A stretch of DNA of 64,000 bases. Source: Haliotis rubra (taxonomy: Eukaryota). The notes below the pieces were generated by a model that did no database searches, was not told the origin of the DNA, and was given only the letters and a program-made list of their open reading frames with translations. The position numbers and the translations under genes are program-made. Numbering within the stretch: the stretch's first letter is position 1; every line of letters begins with the position of its first letter. Positions 1 to 19,100 of the stretch are shown piece after piece. The stretch lies in contig NW_025764948.1 of NCBI RefSeq assembly GCF_003918875.1, positions 558,001 to 622,000 of the forward strand. The letters are read 5' to 3'.

Positions 1-190
1 CCCAAGCAACATTCACTGCACTTAAATACATAAGGTACTGTGTGAGAAAATACAACAAACCTTTCCTAAAAGGGTAGTGTTAGTTATTTTAATTGAGCAA
101 AGTATGAAACTTTCATTAACATATCAAAGCCAGATTCACAACTTGCTCAAGGTTTCACATAAGGGAGGTAACTCTTGGTCTATGTCCTAC

Positions 191-4462
<4,272 letters not shown>

Positions 4463-4714
4463 GATGACTGACGGAGAACGTTAATAATTGCAATAAATAT
4501 ATTCCGTAACTTTTCAAGGGCAAAGTGGATGTACGGTGTCACATTTTGATGAATAGGGATAACGACTAAAACCCTTGGTCGATTCAGAATCAAAATTTGA
4601 ATTATATTTATCTAAGAGAAAACTTGCAATCTTGCAAACTATATTTTCGACATTATTTTCATTTATCGTTGTAACCTAAGGGTTTTTTCTCTACTTCACA
4701 TGATTTCCGAAAAC

Positions 4715-4780
4715 CATCGCCATTTTCTTTACAGACTTCCGGAAAATGTACGCATGTCAATCACAGATTGACCAATCATA
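4715..4780 (-). promoter_or_regulatory. Probable Miro core promoter (YY1, ETS, CCAAT motifs)
   Basis: CGCCATTTT (YY1-like) 4718-4726, ACTTCCGGAA (ETS) 4735-4744 and GACCAATCA (NF-Y) 4770-4778, about 260-320 bp upstream of the Miro ATG in locally CpG-richer DNA. Confidence 0.5.
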
Positions 4781-7700
4781 TTTGCTTTTACAACGAATCG
4801 TCGGCTGCCGATCCAGCTGAAACTTTTCGTCTGCTAGTGGAGACAAACGCCAGTTTCAGTAATACTTTCATTTGGGCCTTTATCGCATAACTTTGTATTT
4901 GTTCTATAAGTCATATTCAAAGCAAAGAAATTCTTTTTAGTTGTGGAAGGTTCGTTCTCCTTTTCCCTAGAAAATACGAGAGCAAACTGTTGAAGCTGGA
5001 GAAACAAGAAGTCAAACAGGACAGGTACAAGACACCGACTTGGTGACCACACATGATTCTATTGACAATATTGGTGACTAAATGATACATGATCGTAAAA
5101 GACATATAAGGGTCTATTAAAATATTAAAATATTATCATATCAATTTCAAACAGCAATTGCCCAACAAAATCATTTGAAAAAGTTTTGAATTATAATTAT
5201 TTATTTGCAATGGGGTCATTTGCTTGGCGCACCAATATAATATGATATAGTACATGTATAAGTGTATGCATCAAAATGGGTTGTAATTCGGAAAATGTAT
5301 ATGGCACAATTATATTTTGAATTATTACTGAAATATTAATTGAATCTATTAATTAATCCAATGGTTCAAAGAGCACTGAAATGAGTTATTTCAAATGCCA
5401 GTGTGATAAAGGGACATCTGTTCTAACGCTATATTATTTTCACGGACTGAAAACCAGAATTTTACTTCGACAACGTTCAGTTATTACATGTATATTCAGA
5501 TTTACAAGGTCATTTTCAATATATTGAGCAATTTTAGGCTATTAATAGTCCATGCTCGATAATCTCCTGGGTAGACGTTCCGATAAATCTCCACTTTACC
5601 CTGGATGCATCTGCGGCTCGAGCCAATGATTTTACTACCTCCCTTGGTTGGCTTTTCATCCAATCAGCTGATTGAATCCGGTGTCTACGCTGGGAAGTTA
5701 AACATACCAATCACAACTCATTTTCACTTTTTAGATTATCTTACAGATTAAACTTGGCAACACAATAATATATTGTTGCAGAGGTACTCTGAAAGAGGTA
5801 GAAGGAGTTCTTGCATATATTGTTTTAAGGTTTCAGACCTGTCAATTTGTCTGTATGTTTTCCCCAAAAATCTGAGTCGCAATGCGAACAAATTTTCACG
5901 GCTGCAACCGCTATCTTTGTTGACACTGGCAAGCTCAGTTGTAACGGCAGCTTATCTGATTGGCTACTGTGAGAATGCGGAGCCAGCAAATGAAGGTAAT
6001 ACAATCATCAACTTGAACCATAGACGCATCCAGGGTATAGTGGAGATTTATCAGAACATATACCCTGGAGATTATCGAGGATGTTAATAATCCAGATCTG
6101 CAAGTAAATAATTCCAATTTGTACATGCAATATTTAGTTTGATGAAGAGTACTATATGTGTGAAGTGGATAGTAGCTCTGTAGTATGGAAATAGATCTAC
6201 TTATTATTCTTTACTAACTTTGCAGACACAATTCACAATCCAGATGAAATCTTTCCAGTCTTGAATTTCACACTCTGTTTTTTAAAACTAAATGAATTAT
6301 CAGAATTCATTTGGTGATATTATCATTCATTTTGGCCATTTGGTGTTAAAAAGATGAAAGTGTTTGGATTAGTCAATCGGTGTTTTCAATATTTTTTGCA
6401 GCCCTCACAGTTTCTGTCTACTTTAAAACATAAATTACTCACTCAAAAGGTTTCTGTAAGAGCCACTAAAAAACAATATAGAGGATACCACTTTTATGTT
6501 TTGTTTCTCCGAGTATTGGTAAATAAAAAATATTTACCCTTTTTCATTATATTGAAATGAATGTTTAGATTAAGGTTACCAATGAAAAACTGAAACCTCA
6601 AACAAAACAATTCTTTGGAAAAATATAAATTCTTAAATAAAGGAAATTGTATTTTGAAACTTCACATTTTTTTTCATCATGCTTTATAATTTTAATACCG
6701 GAATCTCAAAATGCACCTTAATTGCCTTTTAATTAGTGTTCAGTTACAAATGATACAATATAGAATTAGTTTCTCTTGATGTTGCAATTGAGGTTTCATG
6801 TATCTATATATTTACACACAAAAGGAGTCAAAGATTTAGACATACGTATGAAAGCGTCATTCTCTTGAAAAACATGTAAAAAGAATACAAGTAATCAATG
6901 GACAATCATATTTCTATATTCCTAGTGTTAAATTGGATATTACTGACGTACATTGTAAAGCACTGTGTTGGAGTGAAAGCAGCTAATAACCCCTGACCTT
7001 ATGGACACAAAGTAATCCTCAGCTGAACAGATTCAAGTCCAGGCTGGTTGATTCTCTCTGTCTCCAGGCTCAGCTTGTAAACACTGTGTGTTTTGGACCG
7101 TGAATGTAAATGTGATTATAAATATGTGACTGTCGAACCGTTCCAAAGATTTTATGCAAGGCATCAAGTAAGGAAGGTTGGTGTACTGTAAAGCAAGTCG
7201 ATTTCTTCATCAAATTACATCTGTCTCTATATGGTATAAAGAGCCTGATCCACATGGGCGTAAGGTGAGTGTGCATTATGTCCAGGTAGATTAATTTCCT
7301 AAACTTGTTTATCGGCACTGTTTACTTTAAGTGAATTCCTGGTGCCTGTACATAGAGCTGCTAATGTGCACAAGTAAATAAAACCTGAGGTCGCATAGTG
7401 GATTGAACTCATAGCGTGTCAAGGGAGTTTATCAGTAAGAGGCTCATTCCTGAGGTATGTATGATCACATGCGTTATCAAGAGAAGTGAAGGGACCCATA
7501 TTTCAGTCCTCATACACTCGCTGTAACCTCAAAATATCATTACTGCTCCTTGTATGTAACCTTAAAAAACCATTTCTGAGACAATGTGAGAATGACAAAA
7601 TATTCATGTGAACATTTCATGTCATCAGCATGTATATTGTCAGAAGATACAGTTATGGTATGAGTCCAGTTACGAGGAGGAAAGTGTGCTGATTAGGAAT

Positions 7701-8036
7701 AACTTCAGCATAATCAGTGATCCTTTGTATACCAAGGTGCTGTGAACAACACAATTAGTTTCATTTTGTCTTTGTCAGTAGTCTATCGTGGTATTGATAA
7801 TACTCACCTGTAAGAGAGCATGCTTTGTTTGCTGTGCGTCTAATGAAACATTTATTGTTTTGATACAGTTTAGTGATATTATTATAGTAGTTATGAAATT
7901 ATGTTTGGCAAGTTTTTGCATTAAAAATGAAATTGATTAAGAGAAGACAATTCAGAAACGTAACATATGTTATATTTGTGATTACATTTTCTCATTTTGT
8001 AAAGTACAGATTCTAGTACTTTTGTTGGGTTGAGTC

Positions 8037-8451
8037 CAGTGATCAAAATAGTTTCCAAATTTTGCTAGCCAGTTGGACTACCTATGCCTGAAAGTTACTA
8101 GCACACAAAATAATTCACTAGCCTGAAATTTGAATGTAGAGACTAAGCAATAGATTACAAAAAGGTAAAATACCATCAAAAACAAATACGAAAACACATG
8201 TCTGAAATATTTTGTGTATGCTCAAATAAGTCATCATTAAGCTGCTAATATGATGAACATTTTTATCAGCCCATAATCTTGCATGATTTAAAAGTGTATT
8301 ATAACTTAACAAGTCGGAGAGAGTGATATATTTACAAAATGACCCCATGAAAATTCACTAGCCAGTTGGGCCAGTGACTGTGGAGATTTACTGGCCCAAC
8401 TGGATTTTTACTAGCCATGGGCTAGCGGGCCAGTGGCTAATTTGCACACTG
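8037..8451. mobile_element. hAT-like MITE
   Basis: CAGTG...CACTG termini, 8-bp TSD gttgagtc/gttgagtt (7/8) and repeated subterminal actagcc motifs; inserted into a SINE. Confidence 0.65.
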
Positions 8452-8540
8452 GTTGAGTTCCATCTTGGATTCGAACCCACACCCTCAGAGTCAGACACCT
8501 AATCGCCAGTACACAAAGTCAGCCGCTCAGCCACTGCAGC
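8452..8540 (-). mobile_element. tRNA-derived SINE head (second family)
   Basis: Minus-strand A box TGGCTGAGCGG and B box GGTTCGAATCC; no convincing cloverleaf. Confidence 0.6.
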
Positions 8541-9088
8541 TGGCAGACAGGTAATATTCTGTATTTCAGAATAATTAAATTCCTTGATAGGCATCAATTT
8601 TCCAGATTAACAAACTGTGTTATACCATTCTTGTTGATGAAAGTCTTTAATTCCTTGTGGTCTGATATGGTGAAGTTTATGAAAAATATGCATGTTGCAG
8701 TGCAGCCAGAGAGGAATGATTAGTACAGGTACCCCCAAAAATACATTTATCAAAGGATTAACTGATAATGATTGATTAATCACTGTTATCATGCATGATG
8801 GGTTTGTCAAAAGTGAATGTTTATAAATGTAGGTTTGCTAAAGCAGACGAAATATTTTCTGAAATAGAAGGGAAGTAACTTTATTCAAAGAGTTAGGTGA
8901 GAATATGTTGAACAATTGCTCATTGGTATCTGACCATGGATATTTTCAGAGAACTGTGGACATCATGAACAGAGTTGTCATGTGTTATCTCAGCTAACCA
9001 GTGAGACCTAACTCCTATATAAAACACCTGAAACAAACTTATGTGATATGTTGAGAAATGAACATGAGTTATAACATCATATGTAATA

Positions 9089-10547
9089 TACTCTCCCAAA
9101 AAAGAAACGCATATAGGAATTTCAACTGTATTTTTATGTTTATTTTGAAACATCTTGTAGGCTTTATGAGTCAATGAAATATAGCGAAATTGCACACCGG
9201 GAATGCAGACTTATCCGTCTTTGGCACCAACTCGAGGAAAGTCAGTTTGAGTGCCACATGGAGACGTGTGGTGGCGCTGAAGTCAATACCTCGTGTGACC
9301 ACCGTGGGCATCCAGAACTGCACGGCATCGCCTCGGCATCGAACGAATAAGTCTCAGAATCTCGTGTTGCCCAATCGCAGGCCACTCTGCCTGTAGTGCC
9401 TGTGCGAGTTGCTGAAGTGTCTGGGGCTGAGGATTACGGCGTCGCACCCGTCTGTCCAGGGCATCCCACAGATGTTCGATCGGGTTTAAGTCCGGTGATC
9501 TTGAGGGCCAGGGGAGCACATTGATGTTGTGGTTCTGGAGGAAGTCTCTAGTGTGACGTGCTGTGTGGGGCCTGGCATTGTCCTGTTGAAACAACTCCCT
9601 CTGGCGATCAATGATTGGAAGGAGGTGTGGACGTAGGATTTCGTCACCGTACCAAATCACTTCTCCTATGGCAGGTGATCGCTGCCCACATCATAACACT
9701 GCCCCAGCCGAATCTGTCCACCTGGGGAACGCAAGCGTCGGCGAAACGTTCACGTCGACGTCTGTACACCCGCATTCTTCCATTGCGTCGTTCCAATAGA
9801 AATCGTGATTAATCACTGAAACAGATTCTATGCCAATTCGGTAGGTTCCAGGCCTGAACGTTGGTGCACAATTGAACTCGATGTCGACGATGTTCTTGTT
9901 GAAGCACAGGGCCAAAATAAGGTCTTCTTGCACGTAAACCAGCCTCTCTCAACCTGTTCCTGACGGTCTGTGCAGAAAGCCTCCTCAATCCGGGTATTTG
10001 TCGTAGCTGTTTGATGACGCAGGTGATGTACCCAGATGTAGCGATCCTGCGCCGCAGTGGTCGCTCGAGGTCGCCCACTACGAGGGGCATCTGCTACTGA
10101 ATTCTGCCGGCAATATCTCTCCCAGAGCCGTGAAATGGTGCTTTCATGAACATTCATGCGTCGGGCAACTGCAAGCAAACCAATGGCGATATGACGGTTG
10201 GCTTCACTTAGACGTGGCATTTTGCGTTCGTCAACAATAGTCTAAATACAGTGAATAATCAACAGACAGCGATCAACCTTTTATACCCATCATTGAGACT
10301 ATCTGATCCCCAACTTTCAGGTGCATTGCATGTGAATTGTGTATTCTGTGACACTACACGCCGAAATTGAAAATCATGCTGTTAAATACGGGTATTTTAC
10401 GGATGGTGCGTTTTGTTGTGATGTTTCAAAACATAAACACCATAGGACTCATAAACAGTGCAAAACCTTTTGTAAAATGAATCACGTTTTAATTCATTGC
10501 TACATGAAATTGCTATTTTCATGATGCGTTTCTTTTTGGGGAGAGTA
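9089..10547 (-). mobile_element. Tc1/mariner DNA transposon (DD34E), defective
   Basis: 24-bp TIRs tactctcccaaaaaagaaacgcat / atgcgtttctttttggggagagta (1 mismatch) with TA TSDs (9087-88, 10548-49). Transposase 10220->9283 is broken by frameshifts and a stop: MPRLSEANR..HTH, WHRICFSD*, FQQDNARPH-34aa-SPDLNPIEHLW, HGGHTRY. Confidence 0.95.
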
Positions 10548-11509
10548 TATTTTATAAACTGTTGGATTCTTACAAAGACATGTGACATTGAAAAGTTCCT
10601 TTGTACAGTTGCAGATGTATGGAATATTATTCCTTCATCTGGTAATTTATGGAAACACTCCTCAACAAAGGTACCAATAACTGCTTAATGTTATACACAT
10701 AATTTTGTTTGTTGTAATTACGATGTTTGCTGTAGATTGAATAGAATCACTGTGCTTAATTTGCGTTATTGTTTGGAGTGAGAAGTGAAGTGAGAGAGAT
10801 AACACTAAGTCATAGTTTTCGCAAGCCTTTTCATTTGTACATGTGTATATGTTTAGTCAGCGTGTAAAGTATGATTCACTTAAGTAGTCGATAATATTTC
10901 TATTCTAAATACTAGTATATCAGTCATCAGACAAAGTGAATGGAAAACTTAATTTATTGAACAGATTCACAAACATTTCATAAGAGATTCAAAAGGACCG
11001 AAAAGGAGAAAAATGTAAGTTGACCATTGACATTCATTCTCTTTAGTACTATCATTTTCAATCAATAAGATGAAATCAGAAGTGAAAATGTTTGGAATTG
11101 TCATAATCATAAGTCACAGACTACGGGGCAAGTGATTTATCGGAACTTTACCACCATTTCCACTGCGACCCAAAATATGTCTACATGTTCTTATTAATTC
11201 CAAGACTAAACTGTATTTCATTTTTGTTGATCTGTGTGAAGATACACCTTTATGCTATCCACAAAAGTCGCAAACAAGACAAGATTACTGGGATATCATC
11301 TGTTTATCCATGACAAAGACAACATCAGTGCCTCTTTTATTTTACAGAGCACACTACAAGTGAGCTAGTTTATATATTTCAAACAGAAATTCTGCGACCC
11401 AGTGGTGTTCCAGTGCATATTATGTGTATGTTTTCATTATTTCCGTGTACTGGGTCACCCAGTGCAATATTTTGCATCAAGTAATGTTATGTTACTGTTC
11501 TAGATTGCA

Positions 11510-11810
11510 ATGAATACCATCTAAAATGATATGATAATATCTTATTGAAAATGAAGATTGATTTTGCTACTCTTTGAATGCCTTTTATTATATGACATTG
11601 CAGTGTTAACAAAAGTATCATTATATTTCTGGATTTCAATAAATCAATCTCAAATGATATGATAACATCTTATTTGAAATGAAGATTGATTTTGATAATC
11701 ACAAAATGCCTTTTATCCAAAGATATTACAGTGGTAATACAGGTATCATGATATTTCTGGATTACAGTAAAAACCATTTGAAAGGATATGATAATATCTT
11801 ATTGGAAAAC
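11510..11810. repeat. Degenerate ~130-bp tandem repeat (~2.3 copies)
   Basis: The motif gatatgataa.atcttatt(t)gaaa(a)tgaagattgattttg recurs at ~11528, ~11656 and ~11785. Confidence 0.6.
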
Positions 11811-12596
11811 AAGAATGCTAATCACGGAATAGCTGTCATCAATGTTATTACCGTGTTAACACAAGTACATGTATAACAGCTGAATATATCAGCAGATAAT
11901 CTGTCATTTCATATGGTTGAATAGATCAGCTAACCTAGTCCTGTGTATATTGAAGCAACATGGGTCAGGCCACACAATTGGCAATAATACACATAGTAAA
12001 GCTTTGACAACTAGGTGAAATGATATGCCATGTAATGTATTGGCCTTGAAGGAAATGCTAATAGGGATGTGTATGGGAGTTTTATGCTCTTTAACAACAC
12101 TGAATACGTCTACAGTTAGTACAGTAATTCTGCTGACCTTACAACACTTGCATTTGGGAGCTTTTTCAAGAGCGAACTGACAGACATGGTGAAAAAAATC
12201 CATATCCACTCATCCTGGTGGTACTTGTTGAGGAAAACTAAAAACTCTGTTGAATATTGTTGAGGAATTAAGTCAACAATTCAGTGTTTGTAATGATGAT
12301 ATTTATAGCTTTGGTATTTATATTTTCAAAAAATTATATTTTTATGTCACATTTTCATATCATTGATGAAATAATCAAAACTAATGAAATGAATGATGCA
12401 GATAGAAACTGACATATATTGATTGTCCTGAGGACATTGTTATTCAATAGTGAATGGTTTTAAAGGAAATAATTTCAGATTAAATTCACACAAAATGATA
12501 CATTTTTTAATTAAAATTTCAATTCGATTTATATCCAAAGACTAATTACCCTTCAGCCATAACATCACTTCTCTTCTCATTATTACTGTTGGACAG

Positions 12597-12680
12597 TTTC
12601 TGGTGTCCCCTGCCATGATATTGCTGGGATATTGCTAAAAGCGGCGTAAAACTAAAATTCACTCACTCACTCACTCACTG
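12597..12680 (+). mobile_element. SINE 3' fragment
   Basis: tttctggtgtcccctgccatgatattgctgggatattgctaaaagcggcgtaaaac plus (CACT)n; same family as 3447-3617. Confidence 0.8.
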
Positions 12681-15600
12681 TTAGATAGCTAGGCCTTGGT
12701 CCAGAGACAAACAATAAGAAAGGCTCGCTCTTATTCTCACTTCAGTAAGACAAGGTGCTCTTGGGAACCAATACAACAACAACTTTCACTGGCACATTGT
12801 GCTTCATACATGTATATTTAGTACTTGTTTACCTGTATTAAGCAAACTTTTATATACAGCAAGCTATTGACCTAACATTATCATTTACTACCCAGAACCT
12901 TACAGCAACCCCATGTATATTTACTACTGACAAAAATAAGGGAACTGATTAAATGGTAGTGAAGGTGTACAGACGATAAATATCTATAAAATTCTTTTCA
13001 GGCAGGTAGATCAATATCTGGTCTGTCCACCATGTTGGCAAATATATGCATGATGGCTTGATTTCATACTGTGGATTAACTTCCATATAGTTGCACTTGG
13101 TCATGCATGCTATTCTGCCCATAGAGCTTCCCCAGGATGAGACACTTTGGTTGGAGCTCTGGCATACATTCTGTAATGAAAATGATTTAGCAGGCCAGGA
13201 TAATGTCTGTATGCCTTCCTGTTAGAGACAACCTGGGTAATTTATGATCTGGCATTGTCATCATGCAGTTCAAAATTTCTGCTGATAATTCTAGGGTGAC
13301 ACCCTTCTTAGAACACTTTGCTTTCAGACAAGCTCCTCACAGACATTTTCGAATTGTATGTTATAATTCGTCTTCCTGTTATTGTGCAGAATTCACTATT
13401 GATAACAGGAGCAGATATGAGTCTTGCTTGGTTTTGAGCCGACCACATCCAGGTCTCATTGCCACCCAAACTGTTGGACGATACTTTTCACACAGTCAAG
13501 AAATGACACTTTTTGCTTTGAAAAACACTGAGGCAACTTGGGATATTGACATCCTCTGCTCTATTTTACCTACTGTCCACCATTTTGCCTTTTTATTGAG
13601 ATACTGTTTTTGAGGCATTTTATGTATGTGCTTTGCTCAGTTGCATTATTGACACTGGGTTCTCCTTCAGCCTCTCACACTATGGCTTCTGTGTGCTTAG
13701 TGTAAACATATTTTATTCACAATATATTGAACTAGGATTGGTAAACAACCTGTAATGGATTATTTGAATACCTCTCCATTTCATTGATACATGAATAAAA
13801 CAAATATTAAATAATATGCAGTATGATAGGAAAGCAAGCAACCTGCGTATTGAACATCATTAATTATTTATCAAACCTATGCGAATTTATTATAAAAGTA
13901 TGGACAGATTTTAGTATAAAAGAATTTATAAGTTTATTTTTGTTTGGATTACCATTTAGGACAGAATTAACATTATATCCACGTTCGTAAAAATACATGT
14001 GACATCTGACATTGGAATAATTAGGACAAGTAAAGAAGTAATGTAAAGTATCCTCATAGGGGTGACCACAGGAGCAGAATGGATGTGTTTGTACATCATG
14101 TACTGTTCCTTCATATTATGAATCATTGAAATAGAAATTAAGAATCATATCCCCTAATTTTCAGACTGCTGTTATCGGAACCATAACAATTTTTTAAATT
14201 TTTAAATGGTTGTTGTAGTTGAGGGGATCTAAGTGTGTAGAAAATTGGACATGCATGTTCAATCAGTGTCAAACACCTTTGCAATACAATTCCTTTTTGA
14301 ACACATAGCCCTAGTAAATGTCCACCTCAACAACAGCTTCATTCAAATGGAGTTCACTTGCTTTTTGTAAGTTGTATAGGATTATACAAGAATTCATTGT
14401 TAATCATTGTGTCTCTAACATGTACAAGAATGCACTGAAACAAGTAGCTGCATACGATATAATGGGTATATTTCAATTATTAAATAAAATGTAATGGATA
14501 TCTAGCTCTTATTTAACTACACTTTAATACCAGTCTTCCAAAGAAGTGTTTAGCACTCAGGCAGGTTACAGGAACGCTCATCAACATGTTATCATGAATG
14601 GGGCTGTCAGGTTCCTTTCAATGTTGGAGTGCTATATGAGGAGGGTGTTGTTGCCAGTTGATAAATCTACACCTGTAATTCTATACAAAGCATTTGAGAT
14701 CTATTCCAAGTAGTTGAGGCATAGTAGATTAAAGCTAAAATCTTGTATCGAAGTATGAGTGAACACTAGCTGAAGTATTCTGCCATTGAGTGTTTTGTTG
14801 CAAGTGTAGGCAAGTTGTATCAGTCATGTATAGCCTATAAATAAATTGAATTTGACATACACGTACTAGTTTATTGGGGACTGCCAGCTGTTTATGAAAT
14901 GACTCCAGCATAGAACTATTCAGATGTTGATTCTGGATTCTAAAAAGCAGATAATGCAAACCTATGTCACATAGCAAGACTGACACTGGTTGACAGTAAC
15001 TTGACACTGTGGTTTTTGATAACAAGGTAGGGTTGCCCACCCTTTGGACACACCCTCTAGATTGGCCAGTGCTATTTTAGTCCCTTCAGAACAATCTCCA
15101 TTGTGGAGCCAGTGAATCCAGAGTAGTAAAATACCCACTGTACTGACAACAACAGGAGAGACATTACTAATTATAAGGGTCTATGCATTACTAATTACAC
15201 TGACATGGTCAAGAAGATGAGGTATTTCTGTCCACACTATAGCTAATATAGTCAATAACACAGGGTGCAGGTTCACAATCAACACACAATCAATACACAT
15301 TTTCTGCTTTAGGTATTATTACTTGTTCAACACTACCTGGGAACCTGGATGTGGGTCTTGGTCAGTCAGTATTCTGGTATTGTATGCATTTAGTCTGTGG
15401 TTGGCCACTGTTTGCCTGAACATGAGCTTAGCATTATTATATGAACTTTAATTAGTTGAGCTAACTCTTTCAAACAGAATGTTACTAGACTTGGACATCA
15501 AACTTGTGGCTAAAACTACAGATTGCACACTTTAATTTGTTGTTCTACAGGAAAAAAGTAATTAAATGAATTATTTTACAATTAAATAGATTGATTTATA

Positions 15601-16044
15601 TTCTGGTATGCTAGAATACAGTAATCTTTTGTTTGACAGTAAGTTCAGTCTGGCTATGGAAATAAAATGTTGGTGGAAGTCCATAAATAATGTCAGATTT
15701 GCAAATTTACACACAATATTGAACTCATCTGAAAGTGTGTTGAGGCACCTTATACACGTAACTGTTCATAATTATTTGTTTGTATGCAATGCCACCAATA
15801 TTAAAATGTTACAGTCTGACTAGTTTCATCTTGTGGCATTTTGTTTGTTTGACCAAAAAGCCGTTAGAACCATATGTTCTAGGTTAAATACTTATTGAGA
15901 ATTGTGGCATATTGCTCATTTTGGTGAACCTGATTGAGCACTGTGCTTCCTACTGGCATTGTATGTAATGTTTGAGTCTTGTTGTGTGATGCTCCCACCA
16001 TCTCCACCCTCCTGCCCCTAGAGAGGCTCAGTATGGATCGTCAT

Positions 16045-16058
16045 GTTGCTATAGCAAG
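16045..16058. promoter_or_regulatory. RFX X-box-like motif upstream of the WD40 gene
   Basis: GTTGCTATAGCAAG, 13/14 match to the palindromic X-box GTTGCTATAGCAAC, about 135 bp upstream of the ATG. Confidence 0.5.
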
Positions 16059-16190
16059 CCATGCTTTTTTTCTGATCCAGCTTCCTGACAGCTAAGCTGT
16101 GATCACATTGCCAGGAGATATTATCTCACCTGTCAGTTCACTTCCGTGTGTTGGTCACTTTGAGTCGGAGACAGTGGCAGCAGGGTAACA

Positions 16191-19100
16191 ATGGCACGCA
16201 GACAGATAGAGAGTGTGTACAAAAAAAGGCTGGAAGATGCCTTGGAGGCAGGGAAGGCCATGGATAAAGGTAAGCTTCATTATTTTCTATTCTTACACAT
16301 TGTTGTTTGATATATATTACTTATAATTTGATTTATTTCCACATCATTATTACCAGCACTTACACATTGTTGTTTAACATATGTTACTTATAATTTGATT
16401 TATTTCCACATCATTATTTCCATGCTGAATAAACATTACATTTAGATACAATATATTTTTAGCTATGGGCTCTGATGATGATGTATATGTGAAAACCATT
16501 AAACTTGAAGCAGTTTCTACTAGTCTTATGGATACTCATCCAGAATGTATCTAAAAATGTATGTGTCAATGCATTATTGCATTTCTGTCTATAAAGATCC
16601 ATTTATATATTGAGCTGTCTCGACACATATTTTTATGTTCTCCAGCTAGATTTAACATCTGTAACAAATTTCTTGTTATTATACTGTCCTTTGATGACAG
16701 TTACTAATATAAATTTTGTATATGTGTATAACTTGTCACCCTCAAGTCATAACAGGGCTGAATCTTGCCCTCACGCTCTCACTATAGATGTATTTTGTAT
16801 TCTGAATTTGAAGGAGAATTCACTAAAGTAGAAGTCCTGAAGGAAGTGAAACTGGATGCAACGTTAGGTGGTGTTTTTGCTGTGAGATACTCATATGATG
16901 GAGAAATGCTTGCAGTCGGATTCAGAAATGGTGCAATTCAGGTAGGAACTGAACATAACATGATTTAGTTAAATGTGTAATGACATATGTTTTCGTAAAT
17001 AACATTGAATATTAATTTCACTATGCGTTTTGATGATGACAGAAATTAATTGTTGTTTTAATCAATGGAAAAACACAAAAGACATGTTACAACAGAACAT
17101 ATATATTACAGATGAACAAGTTGAAAATGACAGAAAACAACTCTTTTCATTAAGTAATTTCTTTATACATTTATTAATTTTCTTTAATTCTTATTGTCGA
17201 ATGTGAAAGCATTACTGATCAATGTGTGCTCTCAGCTGTATGTGTTGCATGATGTTTGCTGGCTGTTGTTAGTTGTTATCATCACGCACGGGGAAAATGA
17301 TCAAGGAGATACGAAAAACAAGACATGGAGGCTATGCTGTAATGTGCATGCAGTTTCACACCAAAGAGCACCACATCTTGCTAGCTAGCACTTCTGAGGG
17401 GTATGTGTATGCATGTAACACAGAGGATGGCACTCACAAGCAGGTGCTCACAGGTACGCCATGCTTGCATATTATAAATGCATTTATATTCACAAGGCTT
17501 TCACAATCTGAGTTTGTTAGCGCAGACTTTTCACTAGAAGGTCGATACAGTTGAAAAGGTATTGACTGTTAGTATTTGAGTTTACAAGACCAGAACAATT
17601 TAGACTAGACAGTGGTTTCTTTGCAGTGGTAAAAGTTTCAAATGAGTATTTTTTGCCATGTCTTAAATTAGGAAACACTTACTTTTGGAGGATCTAAATT
17701 GATAGGTTATTTTCAATAATTTAGCTGTTGTGTATCATAATTTGTGAAGTGAACACATGACCTGTAATCTGTCTTGTGTGAAAAGGTAATAATTTTAACG
17801 GTGGATAATGTTGTGCTGAAAGAACTAATCCATAGGTGATGCGTGCTTCTTTGTGATGTCAATAGTATCAGGCAGACTAAGCTTCAATCTCAAACTGAAC
17901 TGTTTTCTTATGGCACATTTGCATAGCCATAATATGATAGAGAAAATCCACTGCGTCTGATATAATACTGTTAAGTGCAAAATGAGAAATAAATACAGCT
18001 TTTGGAAGCAATTAGAACATGTTCTCAAGTAACACCATACTTTTTAGTATAATCAGGAAATCTGCCCAGGTCATAAAACTATTGATGCTTCAACCATGGC
18101 AGCACAAGGACTGGAATAATAAAAGCAATTGATTCTTGGGCAGCTTATGAGAAAGGGCATCACAAGTAGTCTATTTTTTTCTGATTTATTGTCTTACAAA
18201 CTGTCATTTACATTTTTAAGACGACTTATATCTAGTCTACAAAAGGAATAAATTTTATAGAAAAAACAAATCAACAACAAACCCCCCATCCCACCCAGAT
18301 GATACATAGAGATTATTAAAGGTCACATGCAACCAAAAAATCAAACATAATTAAAACACAATTATCACTTCTTCATGACATATAATATGCATTGCTGATT
18401 ATGAAAAAACAAATAAACAAAATTATAAGCGTATAATCGCAAATCAAAAGTGCAATATTTTGTACTTGGGTTTACCTCCCTCGAAACGAACCCAGTCAGA
18501 GCGGGTGGGTGTGCACTCAAGTGTAACGGCTGGTTCATTAGCAGATGCCGCCTTCACGGGTCATTGTGTGTGTATATATAGAAAGTTGGGTTTTGTAAAT
18601 ACATGCTCATTTTTTGTGTATGACATTTTGCAATCAACAGACATCATAACATGTCATGTGTTCAAGTATCACACCTGCCTGTCTGTGTAATTACATAATG
18701 TGACAGAGACCGAACTCGGGCCATAAATCAATGTGTTTTGTTTATGGTGTATAGCCTGATTGGTGTTAAGTTCAAATTGCATGTGGTCAGTGATCACAGT
18801 TGTGTATTGAATATTGTCATTAGCAGACAGGCAGGCAGACACACACACTGGTGTCAATAAAACAAGACATTGAGTTTTGTCTGTGACAGCGACATATCTA
18901 TATCACAGTTAGAAATCGTGTCAACTCTAAATAATGACATTGCTTTTAAGTATCGAACTGAGAAAGTGACTCGGTAAGAAGAACGTGTGGTGAAATAGAT
19001 AAATGAAATTATATAAACAGTTTATTTACTGTCATAACATACAAAAAGCTCGCGCCTGTGAGATATCAACAAAACATTATGAAACTAGCTCACACCAAAG

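Noticed and set aside
11679-15823. Several 60-116-aa ORFs (e.g. 11904-12209, 13263-13613, 14735-15040)
   Set aside because: No recognisable motifs, splice support or coding-like composition; expected by chance in AT-rich DNA.
16463-16553. Possible extra WD40 exon (ag|CTATGGGCTCTGATGATG...)
   Set aside because: Runs into TAA without a good phase-compatible donor; exon 1 splices directly in phase to 16814.
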